Shown: in pieces, positions 26,055 to 33,753 of the stretch
How positions within the stretch are numbered: position 1 is the first letter of the stretch
Layout of the letters: each line of letters begins with the position of its first letter
NCBI GenBank assembly: GCA_039630545.1
Contig: JBCNUU010000011.1
Span: forward strand, 1-33,753
Length of the DNA stretch: 33,753 nucleotides
Direction: 5' to 3'
Origin: Endomicrobiia bacterium
GTDB taxonomy: Bacteria; Elusimicrobiota; Endomicrobiia; DTEH01
The notes under the pieces: generated by a model
Database searches by the model: none
What the model was told of the DNA's origin: nothing
Seen by the model: only the letters and a program-made list of their open reading frames with translations
Translations under genes and position numbers: made by a program

Positions 26055-27476
26055 ATGAATCTTAAGAAACTTGACGATTATAGATATGAAGTTCCAAAAA
26101 CGGGAAAGATGCTTGTTTCAGGAATAATTTACGCAAACGAACACACAATTAAAAAAGTAATAGAAGATAAAGCAGTAGAACAAGTTCAAAATGTAGCAAC
26201 ACTTCCTGGAATAGAAAAAGTTTCCCTTGCTATGCCAGATGTTCACTGGGGGTATGGTTTTCCTATAGGTGGAGTTGCTGCGTTTAGAATTTCTGATGGA
26301 GTAATTTCTCCTGGGGGAATAGGATATGACATAAATTGTGGAGTAAGACTATTGAGGACAAACTTAACAAAAGAACAGATAAAGCCACATCTTGAAAAAC
26401 TCATCTATGCTTTGTTTCATAACATACCTTCAGGAGTTGGTTCTACAGGTAAGTTAAGTTTGTCAACTGAAGAAGTAAAACAGGTTTTAAAAAAAGGAGC
26501 AAAGTGGGCTTTAGAGCACGGTTTTGGTTCCAAAGAAGATCTTGAGTTTACTGAAGAAAATGGTTGCATGCAAGACGCAAACCCTGATGTTGTTTCAGAA
26601 CGAGCGCTTCAGCGTGGAAGAGAACAACTTGGTACACTTGGTGCAGGAAACCACTTTTTAGAAATCCAGTATGTAGAGCAAATCTATGATGAACAAGTAG
26701 CAAAAGTGTTTGGTTTATTTAAAGATCAAGTTACAGTTTTAGTTCATACAGGATCGCGCGGATTAGGTTATCAGATATGTGATGACTACATAAGATACTT
26801 ACAGCAAGCAGTGCAAAAATATAACATATGGCTTGCTGACAGACAACTTGTGTGTGCACCGGTTGATTCTCCTGAAGGAAGAAGATATTTTCAAGCAATG
26901 GCAGCAGCTGCAAACTATGCCTGGGCAAACAGACAAATTATTACTCACTGGGTAAGACAAACTATAATGGAAGTTCTAAATAAATCACCAAAAGAAATAG
27001 GCCTTGAACAAATCTACGATGTTGCACACAACATTGGCAAGTTTGAAGAATATGAGGGCAAAAAATACATAGTCCACAGAAAAGGTGCAACAAGAGCTTT
27101 TCCTGCTGGTTGGCATGGTATTCCGCAGGCATACAAAGATGTAGGACAACCCGTATTAGTCCCAGGCTCAATGGGAACAGCAAGTTATGTTTTAGTAGGA
27201 ACAAAAAAAGCAATAGAAGAAACCTGGGGTAGCACCTGTCACGGCGCAGGTAGAGTTTCTTCAAGGTCTGCAATATTGAAGTCTGTCCGTGGAGAAGAAC
27301 TTGCAAAAGAACTCAAAGAAAAAGGAGTTTTAGTAAAATCCGACTCATGGAAAACTCTTGCTGAAGAAGCCCCTCAAGCGTATAAAAATGTTGACGAAGT
27401 AGTAGAAATCTGTCACCAATCCGGTATTTCTAAAAAAGTTGCTCGCCTTAAACCATTAGGTGTAATTAAGGGTTAA
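26055..27476 (+). CDS. rtcB: RNA ligase RtcB
   Basis: MPDVHWGYGFPIGG, YDINCG, GTLGAGNHF, HTGSRG, DVAHN, HRKGAT, CHGAGR and EEAPQAYK. Confidence 0.96.
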   Translation: MNLKKLDDYRYEVPKTGKMLVSGIIYANEHTIKKVIEDKAVEQVQNVATLPGIEKVSLAMPDVHWGYGFPIGGVAAFRISDGVISPGGIGYDINCGVRLLRTNLTKEQIKPHLEKLIYALFHNIPSGVGSTGKLSLSTEEVKQVLKKGAKWALEHGFGSKEDLEFTEENGCMQDANPDVVSERALQRGREQLGTLGAGNHFLEIQYVEQIYDEQVAKVFGLFKDQVTVLVHTGSRGLGYQICDDYIRYLQQAVQKYNIWLADRQLVCAPVDSPEGRRYFQAMAAAANYAWANRQIITHWVRQTIMEVLNKSPKEIGLEQIYDVAHNIGKFEEYEGKKYIVHRKGATRAFPAGWHGIPQAYKDVGQPVLVPGSMGTASYVLVGTKKAIEETWGSTCHGAGRVSSRSAILKSVRGEELAKELKEKGVLVKSDSWKTLAEEAPQAYKNVDEVVEICHQSGISKKVARLKPLGVIKG

Positions 27477-27488
27477 ACTTTTTATATA

Positions 27489-27517
27489 TTGACAATCAAA
27501 ATAGATTTTTATATTTT
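27489..27517 (+). promoter_or_regulatory. Sigma70-type promoter for the large secreted protein operon
   Basis: TTGACA-17 nt-TATTTT, about 40 nt upstream of ATG 27558. Confidence 0.45.
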
Positions 27518-27557
27518 TTAATTTAAAAAATCACTATTAAAAAGGGGATAAATAATT

Positions 27558-30500
27558 ATGACCAAAAAATTTATAAAGTTAGTGCTATTAGTTCTTTTTT
27601 ATTTTAGTTTGTTTTTAGATAATATACAATCTCAAACGATAAAAGGTAATGTAAGCTATAATGGTGAATATTCATCAGGTACTTTTCATATATGGGTTTC
27701 TAATGAACCTTTTGGTGCTCAAATTTCATATAATTTGATTTTTTCAACAGATGTTTACGGGAATAATGTAAACTTTAATTATGAAATAGAAGTTCCTACA
27801 GGTTCTTTCTATATAATGGCCTTTAGAGATGTAAATCCTCATTTTTATACATTTAGTATAGATAAAATTGTTACTTTAAATGATCCTAAAGGTATATATG
27901 GTAATTTATTATCTATAAGCTCCCCTACAGTTTTAGATAATATAAATTTTTCTATATATGATGTAAAGGTTAGCTCTATATATGGCTTTATTAACTATGG
28001 GGGAAACAAAAGAAAAAATATTGCAATTGGTTTATTCATGGATAGTTCTTTTTCATCTATGCCTTTATATTTTACTTTCATAACTACACCAACTAATTTC
28101 CCTGTCCCTTATGAAATAGGTAACATAGAAGTAGGAAATACTTATTATATGGTAGCAACTATGATTAATGATTTATCTGCAGGTACAATTGAACAAGACG
28201 ACCCTTATTATATTCATGGTGACACTTCTTCCTGGCCTCATTTTAATCTTACACCTATATTCTTTGCTTCTACTCAACCTATAAGATTGGATTTTTCTTT
28301 AATAGATGGTAACAATCCTTTTTATACCCCACCTCCATCTCCTTTTTATTTTAACATTAATGTAGAATTAGAAAAAGAATATCAACCGTATCCAATCCAA
28401 AGGATGATAATTAGAGTAAATGTAAGTGATACTTATAACAATGCTAATAATATTGAAATAAAAGGGTATGGTTTTGGAGATTCTCAAAATTTTGTAAATT
28501 TAAATCAAAATCAATATAATAACTCTTGGTCAACTTCTGTTGTTTTTGTAGATGACATACCACTTCTGCCTCTAACTTACGAAATAAGAATAACCACCTC
28601 TACCAATAGTTATATATATAAAAATATAACAATAAGTAAAAAACCTCAAACGATAAGTTTAATAGATCCTGAGCCATTTAAAAGAATTCCAGGCAACTTA
28701 AATAGATTAAAATTTAGTGATATCAAAGAATCAACAAATTTAAGTATATCCATTTACGAATTTAACATAATCCAAAATAGTTTTAATATCATATGGAGCA
28801 CCAACACTACTCAGTCAGCTATGTATAACAATTCTTTATCATATGACGGTCCGCCTTTTACTGATGGTAACTATTATTTTATTTATTTAAATGGGTGGAT
28901 GCATGAATTAGTTGATAATGACCTTAACTTTATTTATGCTTATAGAGAACAATTTATAATTTCAAAATCTACAAGACCTAATTCTTTAGTTATAACATTT
29001 CCAGGAGAGAATTTTCATCCTTTTGTAGGTGAAGTTGGTAATATAAGTGACCTATTCAAAAACACTCCATTTAATATAAAAATTTTTGCAGTAGATGCTA
29101 TGAAAATCTTATATGACGAGTTAAACCAAGAGGCAATTGTTGCTGTTTATGATCAAAATTACTATAATGTTTTTTCAACTACAATAAGTATAATTAATGG
29201 TATTTCAGAAAAAACCTTGTCTTTGAATACCACTGGAAATTATACACTAATTTGTATTTTAAATTATGGGAATGATACTTTGTCAGTTTCTAAGTCTTTT
29301 GAAATAATTTTAGATACTCAACCGCCTTTTAACTTTAATTTATTATCACCAACTAATTTTAGTTGGCTAAATAATATTGACATTAACTTTGATTGGGAAG
29401 ATTCTCAAGATAACAGTGGATACTTATACTATTTGCTTAATATAAATGGGACTAATCTACCTTATAATATTACATCAAGCAGTTTTAGTTACTCTTTGCA
29501 AGAGGGAACTTTCAGTTGGAGAGTAGTAGCATTAGATTTTTCTGGCAACTTAACATATTCTATGAACCAATTTATAATTTATGTTGACACTACATCTCCT
29601 AGTTCGTTTTATCTATATGTTACTTCTAATGTAACTAACAATAATAATATTAGCATTTCATGGCAACCTGCTTTAGATAATTTCGGAATTAACAAATACA
29701 GAATTTTATTAAACAACAATATCTTGTTTGATAATCTGTCATCTACTACTACTAGTATAAATTTTTATCTACAAGAAGGCTCTTACACTGTTTATGTAGA
29801 AGCTTATGACTTTGCTAACAATAAAAATAAAAGTAACCTAATAGATATATATGTAGATACTACAACTCCTTATTTGGTTTACTCTTTTCCTCAAAATAAT
29901 GATATAGTAGATGTTTATGTTAGTTCTATTGTTTTGAGATTTAACGAACCTATCTTATTCGATGATGAACTGATAAAGTCTGTTACTGTTTATCCTAACA
30001 TAGAAATTTCTACATATGTTTTGAAAAATGATGAAATAATTTTTATAATTTCTTCTCCTGTTCAATTTGGTACTACATACCACATCTTAATTCAGCCTAA
30101 CAAGATAAAAGATATTGCCGGGAATTATGTAGATGAAAATATAATAAAATTTATTACTAGATTAAGACCAAAATATAAAATAAATGGCGTTATAAAAGAT
30201 GAAAATTCAAATGGTATTAAAGATGTTAAAGTAATACTTTTTGAAAACTCAAATATATTATCTATTGTTTACACAGATAATTTAGGCAAATTTGTTTTTG
30301 ATAATATCGATGCTTATAAATTTTATAGTTTATCTTTTGTTAAACAAAATTATGAATTTAATCCTTCTAGTTATGTTTTTCAATTAAACGAAGAAGTATT
30401 AAATATAGAAATTTTGGGTAAATATATTTATTTATCTTCTCCAGATAATATAGATTATAATATAGGTGGTGAAAACATAAAATTAAATTTACCTAACCAG

Positions 30501-30800
30501 GGTGATATCAAAATAATAGTTAATAGCGAAAACGGGTATGTAGATTTAAATAGAAACAACAAGTTTTACGTTGTAATAAGACCAAATGAATCAGTTTTTA
30601 ACTATTTAAATAAAGATTATAAATTAAAAATTTTTGCTCTAAATGGTGTAGTAGTCAAGGAGTATAGTATAAAACCTACAACTGCAGATGATTTAGTTTT
30701 TGAGATTGTTTTAGATGAAGATTTTTTTGCAGGAATTTATATAATTTATGTAGAAGGTCCTGGTATAAAAAAATATAAAAAGATAGCTATTTTGAGGTAA
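27558..30800 (+). CDS. Large secreted multi-Ig-domain protein (FN3/Big-like, Big_5, carboxypeptidase-regulatory-like) with a T9SS/FlgD-like C-terminal sorting domain
   Basis: Signal peptide; repeated DTxP-initiated beta-sandwiches (LQEGTFSWRVVALDFSGN / LQEGSYTVYVEAYDFANN); Big_5-like IVLRFNEP..IKDIAGN. C-terminus KIFALNGVVVK...AGIYIIYVEG....KKIAILR. Confidence 0.75.
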   Translation: MTKKFIKLVLLVLFYFSLFLDNIQSQTIKGNVSYNGEYSSGTFHIWVSNEPFGAQISYNLIFSTDVYGNNVNFNYEIEVPTGSFYIMAFRDVNPHFYTFSIDKIVTLNDPKGIYGNLLSISSPTVLDNINFSIYDVKVSSIYGFINYGGNKRKNIAIGLFMDSSFSSMPLYFTFITTPTNFPVPYEIGNIEVGNTYYMVATMINDLSAGTIEQDDPYYIHGDTSSWPHFNLTPIFFASTQPIRLDFSLIDGNNPFYTPPPSPFYFNINVELEKEYQPYPIQRMIIRVNVSDTYNNANNIEIKGYGFGDSQNFVNLNQNQYNNSWSTSVVFVDDIPLLPLTYEIRITTSTNSYIYKNITISKKPQTISLIDPEPFKRIPGNLNRLKFSDIKESTNLSISIYEFNIIQNSFNIIWSTNTTQSAMYNNSLSYDGPPFTDGNYYFIYLNGWMHELVDNDLNFIYAYREQFIISKSTRPNSLVITFPGENFHPFVGEVGNISDLFKNTPFNIKIFAVDAMKILYDELNQEAIVAVYDQNYYNVFSTTISIINGISEKTLSLNTTGNYTLICILNYGNDTLSVSKSFEIILDTQPPFNFNLLSPTNFSWLNNIDINFDWEDSQDNSGYLYYLLNINGTNLPYNITSSSFSYSLQEGTFSWRVVALDFSGNLTYSMNQFIIYVDTTSPSSFYLYVTSNVTNNNNISISWQPALDNFGINKYRILLNNNILFDNLSSTTTSINFYLQEGSYTVYVEAYDFANNKNKSNLIDIYVDTTTPYLVYSFPQNNDIVDVYVSSIVLRFNEPILFDDELIKSVTVYPNIEISTYVLKNDEIIFIISSPVQFGTTYHILIQPNKIKDIAGNYVDENIIKFITRLRPKYKINGVIKDENSNGIKDVKVILFENSNILSIVYTDNLGKFVFDNIDAYKFYSLSFVKQNYEFNPSSYVFQLNEEVLNIEILGKYIYLSSPDNIDYNIGGENIKLNLPNQGDIKIIVNSENGYVDLNRNNKFYVVIRPNESVFNYLNKDYKLKIFALNGVVVKEYSIKPTTADDLVFEIVLDEDFFAGIYIIYVEGPGIKKYKKIAILR

Positions 30801-30824
30801 TTTTAAAAAAGGAGGAAACTACTA

Positions 30825-31727
30825 ATGAAAATAATTCTGCAAAAGAAAATTGTTTTATTTTTTATGCTTATTTTTATTAAAGTTAATATTTATTCTTACA
30901 GCTGGAATATATTGATGAAAAGTAATACTAGTAAACCCACAGTAGCGTCATCTACTAAAAAAGATAGCATAGAACCTATTGTTTTTAACCCTTCCTTGTT
31001 GAGTCTATTATCTAAAAGAACTTTTAGTTTTTTAGTAGAATATGGTAAATTAGAAGATTTATTTTTGTCTTTAAATTATGCTCAACCAATATATAGAATA
31101 AAAAATAGTGTAGTAGGTTGTGGTTTGCTTTACTATGATGGTGGAACAACAGAAGTATCTTTTATTGAGAATGGTGTTGAAAAAATTAAAAAAATTTCTA
31201 TTTTAAAAGAATCTTTATTTCATTTAAATTTTTCATATTATACAACAAATAAAGTGTTTCTTTTTGGTACAAATTTAAAAGCTGCCTCTAGCATTATTGC
31301 TGAGAAAAAAGCTGCTTATTCTTTTTCTTCTGATTTTTCTTTTAGTTTTTTGCCTAATAAAAAATCAATTTTAAGTTTAAATTTTAAAAATATAGGTTTT
31401 TCTACAAAATATGATGAAAATGATGTTGAATTACCTTTTTATATAAATTTTATTTCTAATTATGAATTTTGTTATATAGATTTTTATTTAAGACCAGGTA
31501 TATGTTTAGATTATGTAATATCACAAAAAAAGTTATTGCCGTCTTTTTCTTTAGATTTTGAGAAAAAACCTATAAATTTATTTTTTGGCTATACATTTAT
31601 AGTTGATGATATAAACTTAATTTTAGGTTTTATGATCGATTTTAAAAATTATTCAATTAGTTATTCCTGGGCCCCTTCAAAATATTTTAACTCATCTCAT
31701 AAATTATTTATCTCATATAGATTTTAG
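30825..31727 (+). CDS. PorV/PorQ-like outer-membrane beta-barrel
   Basis: Signal peptide, FNPSLL motif, amphipathic beta-strands and C-terminal HKLFISYRF ending in Phe; SD AGGAGG. Confidence 0.65.
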   Translation: MKIILQKKIVLFFMLIFIKVNIYSYSWNILMKSNTSKPTVASSTKKDSIEPIVFNPSLLSLLSKRTFSFLVEYGKLEDLFLSLNYAQPIYRIKNSVVGCGLLYYDGGTTEVSFIENGVEKIKKISILKESLFHLNFSYYTTNKVFLFGTNLKAASSIIAEKKAAYSFSSDFSFSFLPNKKSILSLNFKNIGFSTKYDENDVELPFYINFISNYEFCYIDFYLRPGICLDYVISQKKLLPSFSLDFEKKPINLFFGYTFIVDDINLILGFMIDFKNYSISYSWAPSKYFNSSHKLFISYRF

Positions 31728-31778
31728 TCTTGAAAATTTTTCATATATAATTATTTGACAAATTTTTTATATAGTTAC

Positions 31779-31807
31779 TTGACAAATGTTTTTAAATATG
31801 TTAATAC
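31779..31807 (+). promoter_or_regulatory. Possible promoter for the lacI-xylanase unit
   Basis: TTGACA-17 nt-TAATAC with a TG extension. A second TTGACAAAT lies 24 bp upstream at 31755. Confidence 0.35.
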
Positions 31808-31887
31808 ATGTATATACAAGTTAATTGATATCTGTTCTTTATTACTTTGTTTTTTAAATAAAGACAAAATTAAAAATTAAATTTAAT

Positions 31888-31901
31888 TTAAATCGATTTA
31901 A
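31888..31901. promoter_or_regulatory. Putative LacI-family operator TTAAATCGATTTAA
   Basis: Perfect 14-bp palindrome with a central CG, 20 nt upstream of the LacI-family gene start. Confidence 0.6.
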
Positions 31902-31921
31902 TAATTATTAAATTAAAATTA

Positions 31922-32963
31922 ATGAGAAAAGTTACTATAAAAACTATAGCAAAAGAGTCAGGATTCTCAGAAGCGACAGTTTCTCTTGTGTTGAATAATG
32001 ATCCTAGAGTAGCAGAAGATACAAAGCTTAAAATTATAGATATAGCTAAAAAATATAATTTTAGACCTAACTATTATGCCAAAAAACTAAGTACAAGAAA
32101 AAAATCTTTTGATATTTCAGAAATTGCAGTTGTTGCTACAAGAACAATTAGTGTTTTTATTAGTTCTATTTTTTCTGTAGTGGAAGAGATGGTATATAGA
32201 GACAATACTATTAATTAATTTTCGTTTTCACTTTTATTCTACACTTAATAAGGTTGATATAAGAAAGGCATTATTTAACAAAATAATATCAGAAAAATCT
32301 GCCGATGTAATAGTTGCTATTACATTAAAACCAGATGATGATATAATCGAAGAAGCATATAAACTTAATATACCTTTAATACTTATAGAAAATGATCATA
32401 AATTAGCTCATTCTATCCTCGTAGATAATTACTTAGGAGTTAATTTAGCTTTAGAACATCTTAAAAGTATTGGGAAGAAAAATATTGTAGTAATAGGTGG
32501 TGCTTTAGTACCTTTAAAAGGAGAAGAGATCAATCCTACTGCAAAAGAAAGATATGAAGCATCTTTAGAGTGGTTTAAGAAGAACTATTTTGATTATTAT
32601 AATAAGTTTTATTTTGTATATGGCTATCTTTATGAAGAAGGGTATCAACTTGCTGATAAAATTCTTAAAGATCATCCAAAGGTAGATGCAATTTTTTCTG
32701 CAGCAGGAGATGGAGTTGCAAGTGGGGTTTTGTCTCGTCTAAAAGAAAAAGGTGTAGATGTTCCTCAAGATATAGCAATAGTAGGTTATGATAATTACAA
32801 ATTAATCTGCGAGAACACCCAGCCAAAATTAACTTCTGTAAGTCAAAAATTAGAAGATGTTGGTCAATATGTTTTAGAAATAATAAAATCCCTTCATAAA
32901 GATAAATTTAAAATTAAAAAGTTTAAAATTAAGCCAGAGTTAGTTATTAGAAGTTCTTCCTAA
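31922..32963 (+). pseudogene. LacI-family transcriptional regulator, frameshifted
   Basis: The HTH frame (VTIKTIAKESGFSEATVSLVLN) stops at 32216-32218. The +1 frame is open 32181-32963 with sugar-binding motifs (ILVDNYLG, DAIFSAAGD, VPQDIAIVGYDN, LTSVSQ, PELVIRSS). Removing 4 nt from ATTAATTAATT gives 345 aa. Confidence 0.85.
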
Positions 32964-32982
32964 AATAAGGAGGCATGTTGAT

Positions 32983-33753
32983 ATGAAATTTACTTTTTGG
33001 CTTTTATTTATTCTCTCATCCATAAGTTTTTGTGGCTTAAAAGATTTAGCCACTCCAAAAAATTTTGAAATAGGTCCTTGTATTGCTATGGATCCTTTAA
33101 GAAATGAGACACAATATAGAAACACTATTATAGCAGAGTTTAACAGGGCCGTTGCTGAAAATGCCTTTAAGATGTACATCTGGACAGGACCCAATAGTTA
33201 TAACTGGTATGATACTGATTATTTGGTGAACTTCTGTAGAGCAAACGGAATAAAGTTAAGAGGCCATACTTTAGTATGGCATGCAGTCGTTCCTAGCTGG
33301 CTTCAAAATGGAAACTATACCTCAGATCAAGTAAGACAGATGTTAGAGACATACATAAAGACAGTAGTTGGCAGGTATAAAAACGATATAGATGAGTGGG
33401 ATGTAGTTAATGAAGCAATTTCTGACAGCTCACCTCATGGTTTGAGGACCTCTGATTCTTTCTGGTATCAAAAATTAGGACCTGACTTTATAAGATTAGC
33501 TTTTCAATGGGCACATGAGGCAGATCCTGATTGTAAGTTGTATTATAACGATTATGGTATAGAGGGCATTGGTGGTAAGTCGGATGGTGTTTATAATTTA
33601 GTTTCACAGCTAAAAAGCCAGGGTGTACCAATTCACGGTGTTGGATGGCAAGCACATCTGTGGCATAGCTGGAGGTTAGGAACTGCTAACTATGAAAACT
33701 TAGCAAGACTTAAAGCCTTAGGATTAGAAGTAAAAATTACAGAACTTGATTTA
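32983..33753 (+). CDS. Secreted GH10 endo-1,4-beta-xylanase-like enzyme (3' end outside the window)
   Basis: Manual translation: signal peptide MKFTFWLLFILSSISFC, ENAFK, RGHTLVWH, acid/base WDVVNE, LYYNDY, GVGWQAH and nucleophile ITELD. SD AAGGAGG. Confidence 0.95.
   Translation, partial: MKFTFWLLFILSSISFCGLKDLATPKNFEIGPCIAMDPLRNETQYRNTIIAEFNRAVAENAFKMYIWTGPNSYNWYDTDYLVNFCRANGIKLRGHTLVWHAVVPSWLQNGNYTSDQVRQMLETYIKTVVGRYKNDIDEWDVVNEAISDSSPHGLRTSDSFWYQKLGPDFIRLAFQWAHEADPDCKLYYNDYGIEGIGGKSDGVYNLVSQLKSQGVPIHGVGWQAHLWHSWRLGTANYENLARLKALGLEVKITELDL

Noticed and set aside
26325..26345. Intein at the RtcB DINC site
   Set aside because: The sequence is continuous (DINCGVR) and the protein is normal length.
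31731..31743. TGAAAATTTTTCA palindrome as a cre-like site
   Set aside because: It lacks the central CG and is almost all A/T, so it is likely chance.
32730..32963. Independent 77-aa gene
   Set aside because: It is the tail of the frameshifted LacI; the frame is open from 32181.
1287..33194. Numerous short ORFs in the track that are antisense to or nested in long genes (e.g. 1287-1619, 6739-7110, 7622-7921, 8126-8491, 9437-9814, 16872-17183, 19031-19432, 26962-27306, 32940-33194)
   Set aside because: They are shadows of well-supported genes, with the Phe/Ser/Leu/Ile-rich composition expected from the reverse complement of Lys/Glu-rich coding DNA, and they carry no motifs.
1..33753. CRISPR array, tRNA, rRNA, IS or integrase
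   Set aside because: No repeat-spacer periodicity, cloverleaf-like GC-rich segment or transposase/recombinase motif was seen by eye. An Infernal/Rfam scan would be needed to exclude small ncRNAs.

Overview
This is an AT-rich bacterial window with three blocks. The lineage is probably diderm; the pairing of a T9SS-like C-terminal-domain protein with a PorV/PorQ-like barrel suggests Elusimicrobiota, but this cannot be proven here. (1) About 1-16.9 kb is accessory. It holds a + strand cluster (two LPP20/FlgT-fold envelope proteins, a membrane FHA protein, an unknown-domain/M28 peptidase fusion and an 8-TPR protein), a - strand Mre11/SbcD-like nuclease with a Rad50/YhaN-like ATPase whose coiled-coil apex is a transmembrane hairpin, a - strand MoxR AAA+ / orphan / HExxH-peptidase-VWA triad, and a Ser/Thr kinase remnant at the edge. 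(2) About 16.9-27.5 kb is housekeeping: valS-rph-pyrF-dnaX-NIL/ferredoxin-capA-UPF0280 on -, then htpX and rtcB on +. (3) About 27.5-33.75 kb holds a large Ig-repeat secreted protein with a PorV-like barrel, a LacI repressor broken by an apparent 4-bp duplication with a palindromic operator upstream, and a GH10 xylanase that is absent from the ORF track and runs off the window. The best candidates for undescribed systems are the MoxR triad (with a possible 4Fe-4S motif), the LPP20/FlgT-like-FHA envelope operon and the membrane-anchored Mre11-Rad50-like pair. No rRNA, tRNA, CRISPR array or transposase was recognised. All calls come from motif reading by eye; no database searches were run.
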